A stretch of 64,000 bases of DNA from positions 864,001 through 928,000 of the forward strand of contig CAXXTH010000017.1 of the NCBI GenBank assembly GCA_963668025.2, given 5' to 3'. This DNA is from Candidatus Hydrogenedentota bacterium (GTDB taxonomy: Bacteria > Hydrogenedentota > Hydrogenedentia > Hydrogenedentales > SLHB01). Below the pieces are notes generated by a model that had not been told where the DNA came from, searched no databases, and worked only from the letters and a program-made list of their open reading frames with translations. A program made the position numbers and the translations under genes. This document shows positions 42,653 to 52,958 of the stretch, in pieces. Position 1 is the stretch's first letter; the number at the start of each line of letters is the position of its first letter.

Positions 42653-44464
42653 ATGCAACGAAAACTCGCGGGATTTGTGCTGGGCCTGACACTGGCGGCG
42701 ATGGGCATTTGCCACGCTTCGCCGGAACGCTCGAAAGGGATGGTGATCATCGTTCCTAGCGCCACCACTCCCGTGGTGGACTTGGCGGCGCAAGAGCTTC
42801 AGTATTATGTCGAGGCGTCAACCGGCGTCAAAATGCCGATTCTAGCCGAGGATGACGCTCCGGCAACAATCAAGCGGCGCATCTATCTGGGTGCAACCAA
42901 AGCCGCACGCGATTCGGGGATCGATCCGGCTACATTGCCGCGCGATGCGTATCACATCAAGACTTCGGGCGATACCATTTACCTCATGGGGGGTGACGGA
43001 GATGGCCCGCCACTAGCTGATAATCTACAAACGCCCGTAGGTACGCTCTTTGCCGTCTATGATGTGCTCGATAACGACCTCGGCGTGCGCTGGCTTTGGC
43101 CGGGAACATCCGGTGAATTCATCCCCAAGCGAACTGCACTCAAAATCAAGAAGCGCGATGAAACGGTCTTGCCTCGATTCCGTTTTTGTGGACTCCGGAC
43201 GAACAGGCCCGAGGAAGTCCACTGGATGCGCCGAATGCGGATGCACTGGGCCGACGAGATGAGCTATGGCCACTCGTTTGAGAAGTGGGGAGATAAATAT
43301 TTCAAGGACCACCCCGACTGGTTTGAGATGAACGCGAACGGCGAGCGCTATCCAGGCAAATCCATGTGCGTATCCAATCCAGGCTTTCACCAGCAGATTG
43401 TCGAGAACTGGTGGTCCGAACGGCGGAAGCATCCTAATTCCCGATCCATCATCAACATTTGCGAAAACGACGGCCCTGGAGCATGCTGCTGTCCCAACTG
43501 CCTCTCATGGGATGGCCCGACACCTCCCTGGCCGCGCCCAACTCCGTACGATAACGTCCACAATGTGTCTGAGCGTTACGCCCGTTTTGCGATGGCGGTA
43601 CTCAAACTAGCCCGTGAACATGACCCCAATGTGGAAGTGGTTTTCTATGCTTATAGTAACATTGTCTTCGCACCCGTAGGTGTGGAGCTCGACAAGCATG
43701 TCATTGCGGGCTATGTGCCGGATGTGTTTTTCCCGCGCACCCAGGAGTCGCACGAATGGGTTCACCGCCAATGGCAAGGCTGGGCAGATGCTGGCGCATC
43801 GCTGTTCATGCGCCCGAACTACCTGCTTCATGGCTATTGCATGCCCGTTAATTGGACCCGGCAGCTTGCCGATGATTTTCAGTTTTTTGAATCACACGGA
43901 ATGATCGGCACCGACTTCGACAGCCTGACCGGTATGTGGTCCACGATGGGGCTGCCGCTCTACGTACTTGGCCGGCTGCACGTGAATCCAAAGAAGCCTG
44001 TCGACAAGCTTCTAGATGAATATTATTCTGCATTCGGGCCTGCGGCGAAGCAGGTCCGGGCCTACTGGGAATACTGGGAGCGCCATGACCAGGAGCACAT
44101 CGATGTCCTCCGTGATGGCCTCTGGCATTATGTGCGTTATCCCGAACAAGCCGACAAGCGTTATCCACTCGAATCATTCGAGCCCGCCGAGAAGCTAATG
44201 GAGGAGGCCGAGCATGCTGCTTCAAAAGACCCTAATGCAGCGGCCAAGGCCGCCTTCCTCAAGACCGGCCTGCAGCACGCGAAGTTATGTGTGAAAACGA
44301 GCATGGCGATTGCGGCGGCAGGAGCGGATCCAGACAAACGCAGGGCCGCCATGGCCGGGCTGCTGGCTTTACGCCAAACCATCACCGATCCCATGGCGGT
44401 CAATCTGAGTGATGGGGACTCCTCTTGCAGAGCTCACGAAATAAATCTCGAATGGCCGGAATGA
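42653..44464 (+). CDS. Secreted DUF4838-type protein (glycoside hydrolase-like)
   Basis: Signal peptide, AAQELQYYVE..TG, GTLFAVYD..LGVRWLWPG, HPDWF, CVSNP, CCCPNC, YAYS. Confidence 0.8.
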   Translation: MQRKLAGFVLGLTLAAMGICHASPERSKGMVIIVPSATTPVVDLAAQELQYYVEASTGVKMPILAEDDAPATIKRRIYLGATKAARDSGIDPATLPRDAYHIKTSGDTIYLMGGDGDGPPLADNLQTPVGTLFAVYDVLDNDLGVRWLWPGTSGEFIPKRTALKIKKRDETVLPRFRFCGLRTNRPEEVHWMRRMRMHWADEMSYGHSFEKWGDKYFKDHPDWFEMNANGERYPGKSMCVSNPGFHQQIVENWWSERRKHPNSRSIINICENDGPGACCCPNCLSWDGPTPPWPRPTPYDNVHNVSERYARFAMAVLKLAREHDPNVEVVFYAYSNIVFAPVGVELDKHVIAGYVPDVFFPRTQESHEWVHRQWQGWADAGASLFMRPNYLLHGYCMPVNWTRQLADDFQFFESHGMIGTDFDSLTGMWSTMGLPLYVLGRLHVNPKKPVDKLLDEYYSAFGPAAKQVRAYWEYWERHDQEHIDVLRDGLWHYVRYPEQADKRYPLESFEPAEKLMEEAEHAASKDPNAAAKAAFLKTGLQHAKLCVKTSMAIAAAGADPDKRRAAMAGLLALRQTITDPMAVNLSDGDSSCRAHEINLEWPE

Positions 44465-44640
44465 CCCGAAGGGGAGAACCAGATTTACAATACATCATCA
44501 ACGAAAAACGGGGCGCATGTATTCCGCAGCCGCCTTACAACCCGGCGGAACGCCTTTTGGGCTATCTGTGAAGTAGCATCTGATAATTGGCAGCCTTGTT
44601 TATTGTCTTTCGCCGGTATTGATACATCATTTTGCATCTG

Positions 44641-44712
44641 ACGACCGACGAGGGCGTCGGTCCCACACTTTCTAATGCAATCAAATTGTGGGACCGGCGC
44701 CCTCGCCGGTCA
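44641..44712. repeat. REP-like inverted doublet (GTGGGACCGGCGCCCTCGCCGGTC family)
   Basis: gaccgacgagggcgtcggtcccaca...tgtgggaccggcgccctcgccggtc. Confidence 0.7.
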
Positions 44713-44767
44713 TTCTTCACCACTTGGCTAAAGTGTTACCTTTTATTTTTGTTAGTGAAATGAAAGG

Positions 44768-44808
44768 AAACGCCCCCGGAGTCCATTCGTGGAAACCGGG
44801 GGCGTTTT
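44768..44808. terminator. Terminator between convergent DUF4838 gene and ppdK
   Basis: aaacgcccccgg/ccgggggcgtttt. Confidence 0.7.
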
Positions 44809-44827
44809 GTCGCACTAAATAGCTTCG

Positions 44828-47599
44828 TTACTTCTTCGCTGCTTTCTTCTTTGGAGCGCTTTTCTTCGTGCTTGCCTTGCGGGGCCACTGGATGGCGGCC
44901 TGGGCGGCGGCAAAGCGCGCGATGGGTACACGGAAGGGGCTGCAGCTTACGTAGTTCATGCCGACGCGGTGGCAGAACATGACCGAGCTAGGCTCGCCGC
45001 CGTGCTCGCCGCAGATGCCGACCTTGAGGTTCGGGCGCGTCGAACGGCCCTTCTCGACGCCGATCTGCACCAACTGGCCGATGCCTTCCTGGTCGAGAAC
45101 TTCGAACGGATCCTCGGGGAGAATCTTCTTCTCGAGGTAATAGGGCAGGAAGCCGCCCACGTCGTCGCGCGAGTAGCCGAAGCCCATCTGCGTGAGGTCG
45201 TTGGTGCCGAAGCTGAAGAATTCTGCCACTTCGGCGATCTTATCCGCAGTCAACGCGGCGCGCGGAATCTCGATCATCGTGCCGACCATGTACTCGAGGT
45301 TGCGAATGCCTTTTTCTTTCTTTACCTGCTCCGCGACGGAATTGATGATCGCGGCCTGATTCTCGAGTTCTTTCTTCGTGCCTACGAGCGGAACCATGAT
45401 CTCAGGCATGACCTTGATCTTCTCTTTGGTGAGTTCCGCGGCGGCCTCGAGAATAGCGCGGGCTTGCATCTCGGTGATTTCGGGATACGCGACGCCGAGG
45501 CGGCAGCCACGGTGGCCAAGCATCGGATTCAGCTCGTGAAGCTGGGAGATGCGGGCTTTGATCTTCTCCACGGGAATGCCGATGCTCTTCGAGAGTTCGG
45601 CGATCTGCCCGGCATCAAGTCCGCCTACGAATTCATGTAGAGGCGGATCCAGCAAACGAATCGTCACCGGCTTGCCCGCCATGGCCTTGAAGATGCCCAG
45701 GAAATCTTTCTTTTGGAACGGCAACAACTTCATGACGGCCTTGCGGCGGTCTTCCTCGGAAGCGGCGAGGATCATCTCGCGCACATGAATGATGCGCTCG
45801 GGCTCGAAGAACATGTGCTCGGTGCGGGTGAGGCCGATGCCTTGCGCGCCAAACTTAACCGCTTGCGCGGCGTCTTCGGGGCGGTCGGCATTGGTGCGCA
45901 CATCAATCTGGCGCGTGGAATCCACCCAAGTCATGAGGGTCTTGTACCATTTGTTGCTGTCCGGATCCGCCGGCAGCACGGACACCTGGCCTTCATACAC
46001 TTTGCCGGTCGTGCCGTTCATCGAGATCCAGTCGCCTTCTTTGAAGACTTTATCGCCTGCGGTGACGGTTTTAGCTTTGATATCGATGTGGAGGGCTCCG
46101 CAGCCTACGATGCAGCATTTGCCCCAGCCGCGGGCCACGAGAGCCGCGTGCGAGGTCATGCCGCCTTTAGCGGTGAGGATGGCTTCGGCCACATGCATGC
46201 CATGCACGTCTTCCGGCGATGTTTCATTACGCACCAGAATGACCTTCTTGCCTTTTTTCACCCATTCCGCGGCATCATCGGCCGAGAGCACCACTTGGCC
46301 CAAACCGCCGCCAGGGCCTGCAGGCAGGCCTTTAGCCAGCAAAACGGCCTTCTTTTCGGCGGCCGGATCAAGCATCGGGTGCAGCAATTCATCGAGCTGG
46401 TTCGGAGCGACGCGCATGATGGCGGTCGTCTTGTCAATCAGCTTGGCATCGGCCATTTCGACGGCCATGCGGATCGCCGCCATGCCCGTGCGCTTGCCGA
46501 CGCGGCACTGAAGCATCCACAGCTTGCCTTCTTCGATGGTGAACTCGATGTCCATCATGTCTTTGTAGTGTTTCTCGAGCTTCGTACGGATGCCATCGAG
46601 CTGTTTGTACAGCTTCGAATACGCTTTTTCGAGAGTCACCAGCTCGACGCTTTGCTCGCTTTGCGAGGATTTATTCAACGGGCTTGGCGTGCGGATGCCG
46701 GCCACCACGTCTTCACCCTGGGCGTTCACGAGCCACTCGCCGTAAAAGGCGTTTTCGCCTGTCGCGGCGTTGCGCGTGAAGGCCACGCCCGTCGCGGAAT
46801 TGTCGCCCGTGTTGCCGAACACCATGGCCTGCACGTTGACCGCCGTGCCCCAATCGTCGGGGATGCGCTCGATGCGGCGGTACGAGATGGCGCGCTTGCC
46901 GTTCCAGGACTGGAACACGGCCTTGATGCCGCCCCACAACTGGGCTTGGGCGTCATCCGGGAACGCCTTGCCAAGGGTCTTCTTGACGATGGCCTTGAAC
47001 TGATCCGCCAACACCTTGAGGTCGTCCGTCGACATATCCGTGTCGGTCTTGTAGCCCTTTTCTTTCTTGAGGGCTTCCATGGCGTGCTCCATCTGGAGGC
47101 GGACGCCTTTGCCGTCTTCGGGCTCGATGCCCGCGGCCTTCTCCATCACCACATCCGCATACATCATGATGAGACGGCGGTAGGAGTCATACACGAAGCG
47201 CTCATTTTTCGTCTTCGCGATAAGGCCCGGGATGGTCGCTGTCGTGAGGCCCACATTGAGCACCGTGTCCATCATGCCCGGCATGGAGCGTCGGGCGCCG
47301 CTGCGCACGGAGACCAGGAGGGGATTCTTGGGATCGCCAAACTTCTTTCCCATTACTTTCTCGACGCCTGCAAGGGCCGCCGCGACTTCCTTCTCGATGA
47401 ACTCGAGTTTGCCTTTGTGATTGTAGTACTCGGTGCATACTTCGGTGGTGATGGTGAATCCGGCAGGCACGGGGATCTTGATTCGGCACATTTCGGCCAA
47501 ATTCGCACCTTTGCCGCCCAGCAGATTCTTCATACTTTCATCGCCGTCGGCCTTTTCGCCGCCAAAGAAATAGACGTTCTTAGCTATTTTCTTCGCCAT
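44828..47599 (-). CDS. ppdK: Pyruvate, phosphate dikinase
   Basis: LLGGKGANLAEM, VSVRSGA..SMPGMMDT, GGMTSHAALVARG, ELNPMLGHRGCR, SFGTNDLTQ, GICGEHGG. Confidence 0.98.
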   Translation of the reverse strand: MAKKIAKNVYFFGGEKADGDESMKNLLGGKGANLAEMCRIKIPVPAGFTITTEVCTEYYNHKGKLEFIEKEVAAALAGVEKVMGKKFGDPKNPLLVSVRSGARRSMPGMMDTVLNVGLTTATIPGLIAKTKNERFVYDSYRRLIMMYADVVMEKAAGIEPEDGKGVRLQMEHAMEALKKEKGYKTDTDMSTDDLKVLADQFKAIVKKTLGKAFPDDAQAQLWGGIKAVFQSWNGKRAISYRRIERIPDDWGTAVNVQAMVFGNTGDNSATGVAFTRNAATGENAFYGEWLVNAQGEDVVAGIRTPSPLNKSSQSEQSVELVTLEKAYSKLYKQLDGIRTKLEKHYKDMMDIEFTIEEGKLWMLQCRVGKRTGMAAIRMAVEMADAKLIDKTTAIMRVAPNQLDELLHPMLDPAAEKKAVLLAKGLPAGPGGGLGQVVLSADDAAEWVKKGKKVILVRNETSPEDVHGMHVAEAILTAKGGMTSHAALVARGWGKCCIVGCGALHIDIKAKTVTAGDKVFKEGDWISMNGTTGKVYEGQVSVLPADPDSNKWYKTLMTWVDSTRQIDVRTNADRPEDAAQAVKFGAQGIGLTRTEHMFFEPERIIHVREMILAASEEDRRKAVMKLLPFQKKDFLGIFKAMAGKPVTIRLLDPPLHEFVGGLDAGQIAELSKSIGIPVEKIKARISQLHELNPMLGHRGCRLGVAYPEITEMQARAILEAAAELTKEKIKVMPEIMVPLVGTKKELENQAAIINSVAEQVKKEKGIRNLEYMVGTMIEIPRAALTADKIAEVAEFFSFGTNDLTQMGFGYSRDDVGGFLPYYLEKKILPEDPFEVLDQEGIGQLVQIGVEKGRSTRPNLKVGICGEHGGEPSSVMFCHRVGMNYVSCSPFRVPIARFAAAQAAIQWPRKASTKKSAPKKKAAKK

Positions 47600-48141
47600 T
47601 GTTGACTTTCTCCTTGTTGTTAGCGGCAGTTAGGCCTTATCGATTAAGGCAATGCTCTGCCGGGGGCTATCTGCGCGTAGCGTGGGTAATCCCTCGAGCG
47701 CGTGGCAAAACGGGAAATAGAATACTAAAATGCCTTATGGGTATGCAAATTCCTATATTTCTCCTGTCAAAACTCGTCAAAAATGTCCTCAGTCCATTCA
47801 CATCAGTCCATTCACTCCATTCACTCCATTCGCTCAATTCCTATATTTCTCCCGAATCGCTGGGCAAGTTAGCTGCATTATACGAAAAGGAAATCCATAC
47901 GTCTCATTTTTATCGCAGATACGCGGAGCTTCGCGGAGTAACACGAGCAGGAAAAGGGTTGGTTTCTGACAACTTCTTTGCACACTCTTAAAGAGCTTCA
48001 TTGGGGAAAATAGTGAAGAGCATCTACTCCACGTAACTCCGCGTTCTCCGCGCATCCGCATTGAAATGATACGCTTCTCCAAACGGGTGAGCCTGCGCAC
48101 ATGCAAAATGAGCATGAGGCCTGTTTTCATAAACGTATTGG

Positions 48142-48714
48142 TCATTGCTTTTCACGCATCCGGCTTTTCACCAACTTGAGTATCGAGCCGCGCGCGTTGC
48201 TCGCGATATGTTCGGTGTGGGCGGGCAGATAGAAGCCATCGCCCTTGCGGGCTTTGTAAACGCCCTTGCCCGGCAGTTCGAGGGTGAGTTCACCCGCAAG
48301 AATGAGGCCGCACAAGTCCGTGGTGTGGCTTTCCGCTTCCTGGATGCGCGTATGGGGGGCGTATTCTTCATATACGAGTTCGGTCTTGATATCGGGATGG
48401 CCGGTAAAGACATACGTCCAAGTGCGGTCTTCTTCCGCGAGCATTCGCATTTGGCCATGGGGAAACACAATGGGCAGAGGCGATAGATCGAGCTGGTTCG
48501 TGCTGAAGAAATCCGCTACGGCGCATTCCATCGCTTCCAGGATCTTTTGCAATGTCATGATGGTCGGCGATGCGTTTCCGGCCTCCACTTTTGAAAGAAA
48601 ACTTACCGCCACGCCCGCGCGGCCCGCCAGCTCACGCATCGAGAACTGCCGGGCTTTGCGCATTTTGCGCAATTGGGCGCCAAGCGATTTTCCATCCCAT
48701 ATCCCATTTTTCAT
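48142..48714 (-). CDS. XRE-family HTH regulator with cupin domain
   Basis: LRKMRKARQFSMRELAGRAGVAVSFLSKVEAGNASPT; cupin ILAGELTL..GDGFYLPAHTEH. Confidence 0.9.
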   Translation of the reverse strand: MKNGIWDGKSLGAQLRKMRKARQFSMRELAGRAGVAVSFLSKVEAGNASPTIMTLQKILEAMECAVADFFSTNQLDLSPLPIVFPHGQMRMLAEEDRTWTYVFTGHPDIKTELVYEEYAPHTRIQEAESHTTDLCGLILAGELTLELPGKGVYKARKGDGFYLPAHTEHIASNARGSILKLVKSRMREKQ

Positions 48715-49151
48715 ACAGATAACCTCAGATTGGCTTTTATGGCGTTCCACTAGCCAGCCTCTATGCTGGGGCGCATCTCGGTTTCCGGCGAACCTCCTAT
48801 CCGGGAGGGCCAAAAATCCTAGAAATCTATACAGAACAACCCTACTACTTTAGCGTGAACCTGCTTATTTGTCAACTCTCCGGGCACCCGGATTTCTTTT
48901 AGAGCAAAGTGGCCAGGCAGGGGCCACATGTTAAATTTTGCTTGCAATTTGATATGCGGGCGGTGATCCAGGCAATATATCTAAAGGACTGCCGTTCCAC
49001 GCGTGACAACCCTGCGCATCGCCGTGCGCAAGGCATCCCTTGAGGGCTGGGGCTATTGGTATCCGGAGCGGTGCGGCGGTTGCAAAAGAAAACGCCAAGC
49101 GTACAGAGGGAGTCCGCGAAGACGGCTCGCCCAGAAGGAAGGAGACCGAGT

Positions 49152-50252
49152 ATGGCAACCATCGATTTCGGCGGGGTAAAAGAAGAAGTCATCATGCGCA
49201 AGGAATTCTCGCTTGCGCAAGCCCGAAAGGTGCTTAAAAACGAGACCATTGCGGTCATCGGCTACGGCGTGCAAGGCCCAGCGCAATCGCTCAACATGCG
49301 CGACAATGGATTCAATGTCATCATTGGCCAGGCCAAGTCGTTTAAGAAAGACTGGGATCGCGCGGTGAAGGACGGCTGGGTTCCCGGCAAGACTTTGTTC
49401 GATATCGAAGAAGCTGTCCAGCAGGCCACGATTGTCCAATACCTCGTCTCGGACGCGGCCCAAAAGGCTTTGTGGCCTGTCGTGAAGAAGAACCTCAATC
49501 CCGGCGACGCCCTGTATTTCTCCCACGGGTTTTCCATTGTGTATCGCGAACAAACGAAGGTGATCCCGCCGGAGAATGTGGACGTCATCTTGGTGGCTCC
49601 AAAGGGTTCCGGCACATCGGTGCGCCGCAATTTCCTGTCCGGCGCGGGCATCAACTCGAGCTTCGCCGTCCAGCAGGACTTCACTGGCCACGCCCGCGAA
49701 CGCGCCATCGCCATTGGCATCGCCATCGGCTCGGGCTATCTGTTCCCGACCACCTTCGAGCATGAAGTCTACAGCGACCTCACCGGCGAACGCGGCGTGC
49801 TCATGGGTGCGCTGGCGGGAATCATGGAAGCGCAGTATGACGTGCTCCGCAAAAACGGCCATAGCCCGAGCGAAGCCTTCAACGAGACCGTCGAAGAGCT
49901 GACGCAAAGCCTCATCCGCCTCGTGGATGAGAATGGCATGGACTGGATGTATGCGAACTGCTCGGCCACGGCCCAGCGCGGCGCCCTTGATTGGAAGCCT
50001 AAGTTCAAGAAGGCCGTCCTGCCGGTGTTCAAAGAGCTTTATGCGCGCGTGAAAGACGGCTCGGAGACCAAGCGCGTCCTTTCGGCTTGCGGCAAGGCGA
50101 ATTACAAAGAACTGCTCACGAAAGAACTCGATGAGATGGGCAACAGCGAAATGTGGCAAGCCGGCAAGGCCAGCCGCGACCTGCGCCCGAAGGAAAAAGC
50201 CCGCGAAATCACCAAAGACACCAAAGGCATCGCAGGCCGGAAATCCAACTAA
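49152..50252 (+). CDS. ilvC: Ketol-acid reductoisomerase
   Basis: VIGYGVQGPAQSLNMRD, FSHGF, VAPKGSG, SDLTGERGVLMG, NCSATAQRGALDW. Confidence 0.96.
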   Translation: MATIDFGGVKEEVIMRKEFSLAQARKVLKNETIAVIGYGVQGPAQSLNMRDNGFNVIIGQAKSFKKDWDRAVKDGWVPGKTLFDIEEAVQQATIVQYLVSDAAQKALWPVVKKNLNPGDALYFSHGFSIVYREQTKVIPPENVDVILVAPKGSGTSVRRNFLSGAGINSSFAVQQDFTGHARERAIAIGIAIGSGYLFPTTFEHEVYSDLTGERGVLMGALAGIMEAQYDVLRKNGHSPSEAFNETVEELTQSLIRLVDENGMDWMYANCSATAQRGALDWKPKFKKAVLPVFKELYARVKDGSETKRVLSACGKANYKELLTKELDEMGNSEMWQAGKASRDLRPKEKAREITKDTKGIAGRKSN

Positions 50253-50267
50253 TTACTACAAATCGAG

Positions 50268-50302
50268 GGGCCTCCTTAATATCGCAAGGAGGCCCTTTTT
50301 TT
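50268..50302 (+). terminator. Intrinsic terminator after ilvC
   Basis: gggcctcctt/aaggaggccc + T7. Confidence 0.85.
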
Positions 50303-50391
50303 ATACGTGGTGTCAAAAGAACCAATGCCGCGTAAGCCGCTGTGTGAGGCTGCTGCTCCGTCGCCGCCGCACGGATGTAGATAGGGTATAG

Positions 50392-50746
50392 CCTAGCTTT
50401 CGCAGTTATTTTTGTAAGTGGTTGATTTTGTTGGATCGAGTATCAAAAGTCTTCACTACATTTTATGTATTTTGAGCCGTTGAGGCAGTTGAAATCCCAG
50501 TCGTTGCAACAAGAGGCTTGGTGTTCTTCGGACGCCATTCCCCGGTCCATCACCCAGATGCGGTTGAAGCGCCCGTAACGCCGTTCCATGGTTTCCACGT
50601 TCTCTTCCAGCGTCGTGGAGTCTTGCCGGTTCCACGCGAACACCTCATAGCCCAGCGGCATCCCACACCGCCCGGCGTTCCCCCTCCGGCAGCATCCCCA
50701 GACACGCCAGTGAACATGCATATCTTGATCAACTTCATCGGTTATA
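50392..50746 (-). pseudogene. IS1634-family transposase relic
   Basis: Minus strand GMPLGYEVF..NRQDSTT..RIWVMDRGMASE fused to LLQRLGFQLPQRL-stop; end CCTAGCTTTCGCAG. Confidence 0.75.
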
Positions 50747-50829
50747 ACCGGGGGAAAACTTTATTGTAATATCGTACCGGTTTTCATGCGGTTTCACGTA
50801 TTATCAAGCGGGAGGCGCTGCCAGACACC

Positions 50830-52501
50830 ATGCCACAAATTCGTATCGAGCAGCCCGGCGCGGCCCCTGTGCTCCGGGTGTTATCAGGCTCAGAAACCAC
50901 CCTTGGCCGCGCGGAAGACAATGATGTCGTCCTCGTGGCCGATGAGGTGTCGCGCCATCATGCCAAGCTGTGCATCCGGGGCGGGCGCGTGCTGCTGATG
51001 GACCTGAACAGCCTGAATGGCACCTATGTAAACCGCCAGCAGATCGTCGAACGCGTATTGTCCCATCAGGATGAAATATGGTTTGGAAGCAAATGCCGCA
51101 TCCTGTTCGATGAGAATCCTAAAATCGCATCGCGCACCGCAAATGAATTGCCGGAGCCATCGTCTGTTCTGGTGAACGATCTGGCGCGTATCCGGGAAGA
51201 CATGGCGCGCGTAGGCAACAACATGACCCTCATTGGCAAGGCGGGCCAGGCGGCGCGCGCTGGTGACGAGACTCCGTCGGCCTCGAAGGAAGAGCTAGTG
51301 GCCATGGGGCGCGCCTACCGGCGGCTCGCGGCGTTGTATCAAGCGAGCAACCAGGTGTCGCGCCTCATCGCATCAAACGCGGACCTGCCCACGCGGCTTG
51401 CGGCGGTGCTGGACACGGCTATCGAAGTGGCCGAGGCCGAACGCGGATTCGTCATGCTTCGTGACGAACAGAGCGGCGGCTTGCTCGTGCATTTGGCGCG
51501 GGAGATGGGACAGGAATTAAAGGCCAGTTCACCCAGCATGAGCATCGCCAGCCGGGCCGCCAGCATGGGCGAACCTGTTCTCATGCGGGACAGCGCACTG
51601 GATGAGCAGTTTGGCTCGAGCGACAGCATTATCGCCCAGCGCATCCATAGCGCGATGTGCGCGCCCCTTCAGGTCGAAGACCGCATTCTCGGGTCGATCT
51701 ACGTGGATACGCGCCAGCCGGAACACATGTTTCAAGAGGAAGACCTCGAATTATTCGCGAGCCTGGCCGCTCAATCGGCGATGGCTATCGAAAATGTGCG
51801 CTTATCCGAACAGATGCTCGATACGGAAAAGAAACGGGCCAACTTGGGACGTTTCCTGTCGCCCGCTATCGTTGAAGCCATTATGAACGAGGACAAGGAA
51901 CTCGAGTTGGGGGGGGCGAAAGCAGGAGGTGACGGCCCTGTTTTGCGATATTCGCGGATTTACGCCTATCGCGGAACAGCTCGCGCCTGCGGTGCTTGTG
52001 GAAATGCTCAACGAGCATTTCACGGCGCTCGTGGACATCATCTTCCGCCACCAGGGCACGCTCGACAAATACATTGGCGACGCCATCATGGCCGTATTCG
52101 GCGCGCCCATCGCCCAGGAGGACGACGCCTGCCGGGCTATTCAGGCCGCCGTGGCGATGCAGCGGAAAAATGCGGAACTGAATAAGGCCCGCATGGCGGC
52201 GGGGCGTCCCTGCCTTGAGATTGGCATCGGTATCAATAGCGGGGAAGTAGTGGCGGGCTATTTCGGCGCGCCCGAGCGCATGGAATTCACCATCGTGGGC
52301 GATGAAGTCAACGTCGCCAGCCGCCTTTGTTCGATGGCGGGCGCGGGCCAAATCGTAGCCGCGGAAGCCACGTACGCCCGCGTGCGCGGGCGGGTCGAGG
52401 CGGCATCTATTGGGGAAATGACGTTGAAAGGCCGCACGCGGCCTGTGAGCGCATTCGAGATCCTGGGCACCTGTGAGACGCCGGAAAAACCTGCCGGATA
52501 G
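50830..52501 (+). CDS. FHA-GAF-adenylate/guanylate cyclase, split by a +1 frameshift in G8 at 51909-51916
   Basis: FHA LGR..VSRHHA..SLNGT; GAF SAMCAPL; removing one G gives ELGGRKQEVTALFCDIRGFT..DKYIGDAIMA..GIGINSG..IVGDEVNVASRL. Confidence 0.9.
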
Positions 52502-52757
52502 CATTTCCATACTACTATTTGTCGAAATCTTGTTTCCTTGCATGGATTTTCTGTGTAAATCAATATACATCAACTCGTTAGAGACCAGATTTCCAACCCG
52601 AAGAACATGAAGTAAACGATATCAATCCTAGATTTTCATCTGTGTCATCGGCGCCATCTGTGGAAAACCTTCGTGTTCTTCGTTTCTTCATGGTTCAAAA
52701 TCTGGATCTTTGGTTGCGACTATGCTGCTGTATGAGATATGTCGTTCATTTGCATTT

Positions 52758-52809
52758 CCGTAGCATGGGCGTCCCGCCCATGAACATGGCCGGGACGGCC
52801 ATGCCATGG
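52758..52809. repeat. REP doublet (same family as 21553)
   Basis: ccgtagcatgggcgtcccgcccatgaacatggccgggacggccatgccatgg. Confidence 0.85.
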
Positions 52810-52877
52810 GATATATTTCATGTACGGGCAAGAAAAACATGCCATTTACCCCTCCCGATCCAGGTTTGATTTCCCTC

Positions 52878-52921
52878 TTGACTCCGCGTTCGCAAAGCCA
52901 TATGATCTTAGGCCAGCCAAA
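52878..52921 (+). promoter_or_regulatory. Sigma70 promoter with adjacent DtxR-type operator
   Basis: TTGACT-17-TATGAT followed by TTAGGCCAGCCAAA, one mismatch to TTAGG-N4-CCTAA. Confidence 0.65.
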
Positions 52922-52958
52922 CATCAGGCGTTATTCTTGGCAAGGAGGAATGCCGGCC

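Noticed and set aside
45713-47605. 630-aa plus-strand ORF
   Set aside because: Antisense shadow of ppdK caused by biased codon usage; no motifs.
47792-47833. CRISPR array
   Set aside because: 9-nt tandem units without spacers; no cas genes or repeat-spacer array seen anywhere in the window.
48850-49150. Branched-chain amino acid attenuator before ilvC
   Set aside because: The short ORF MLNFACNLICGR lacks an Ile/Leu/Val run and no terminator follows.
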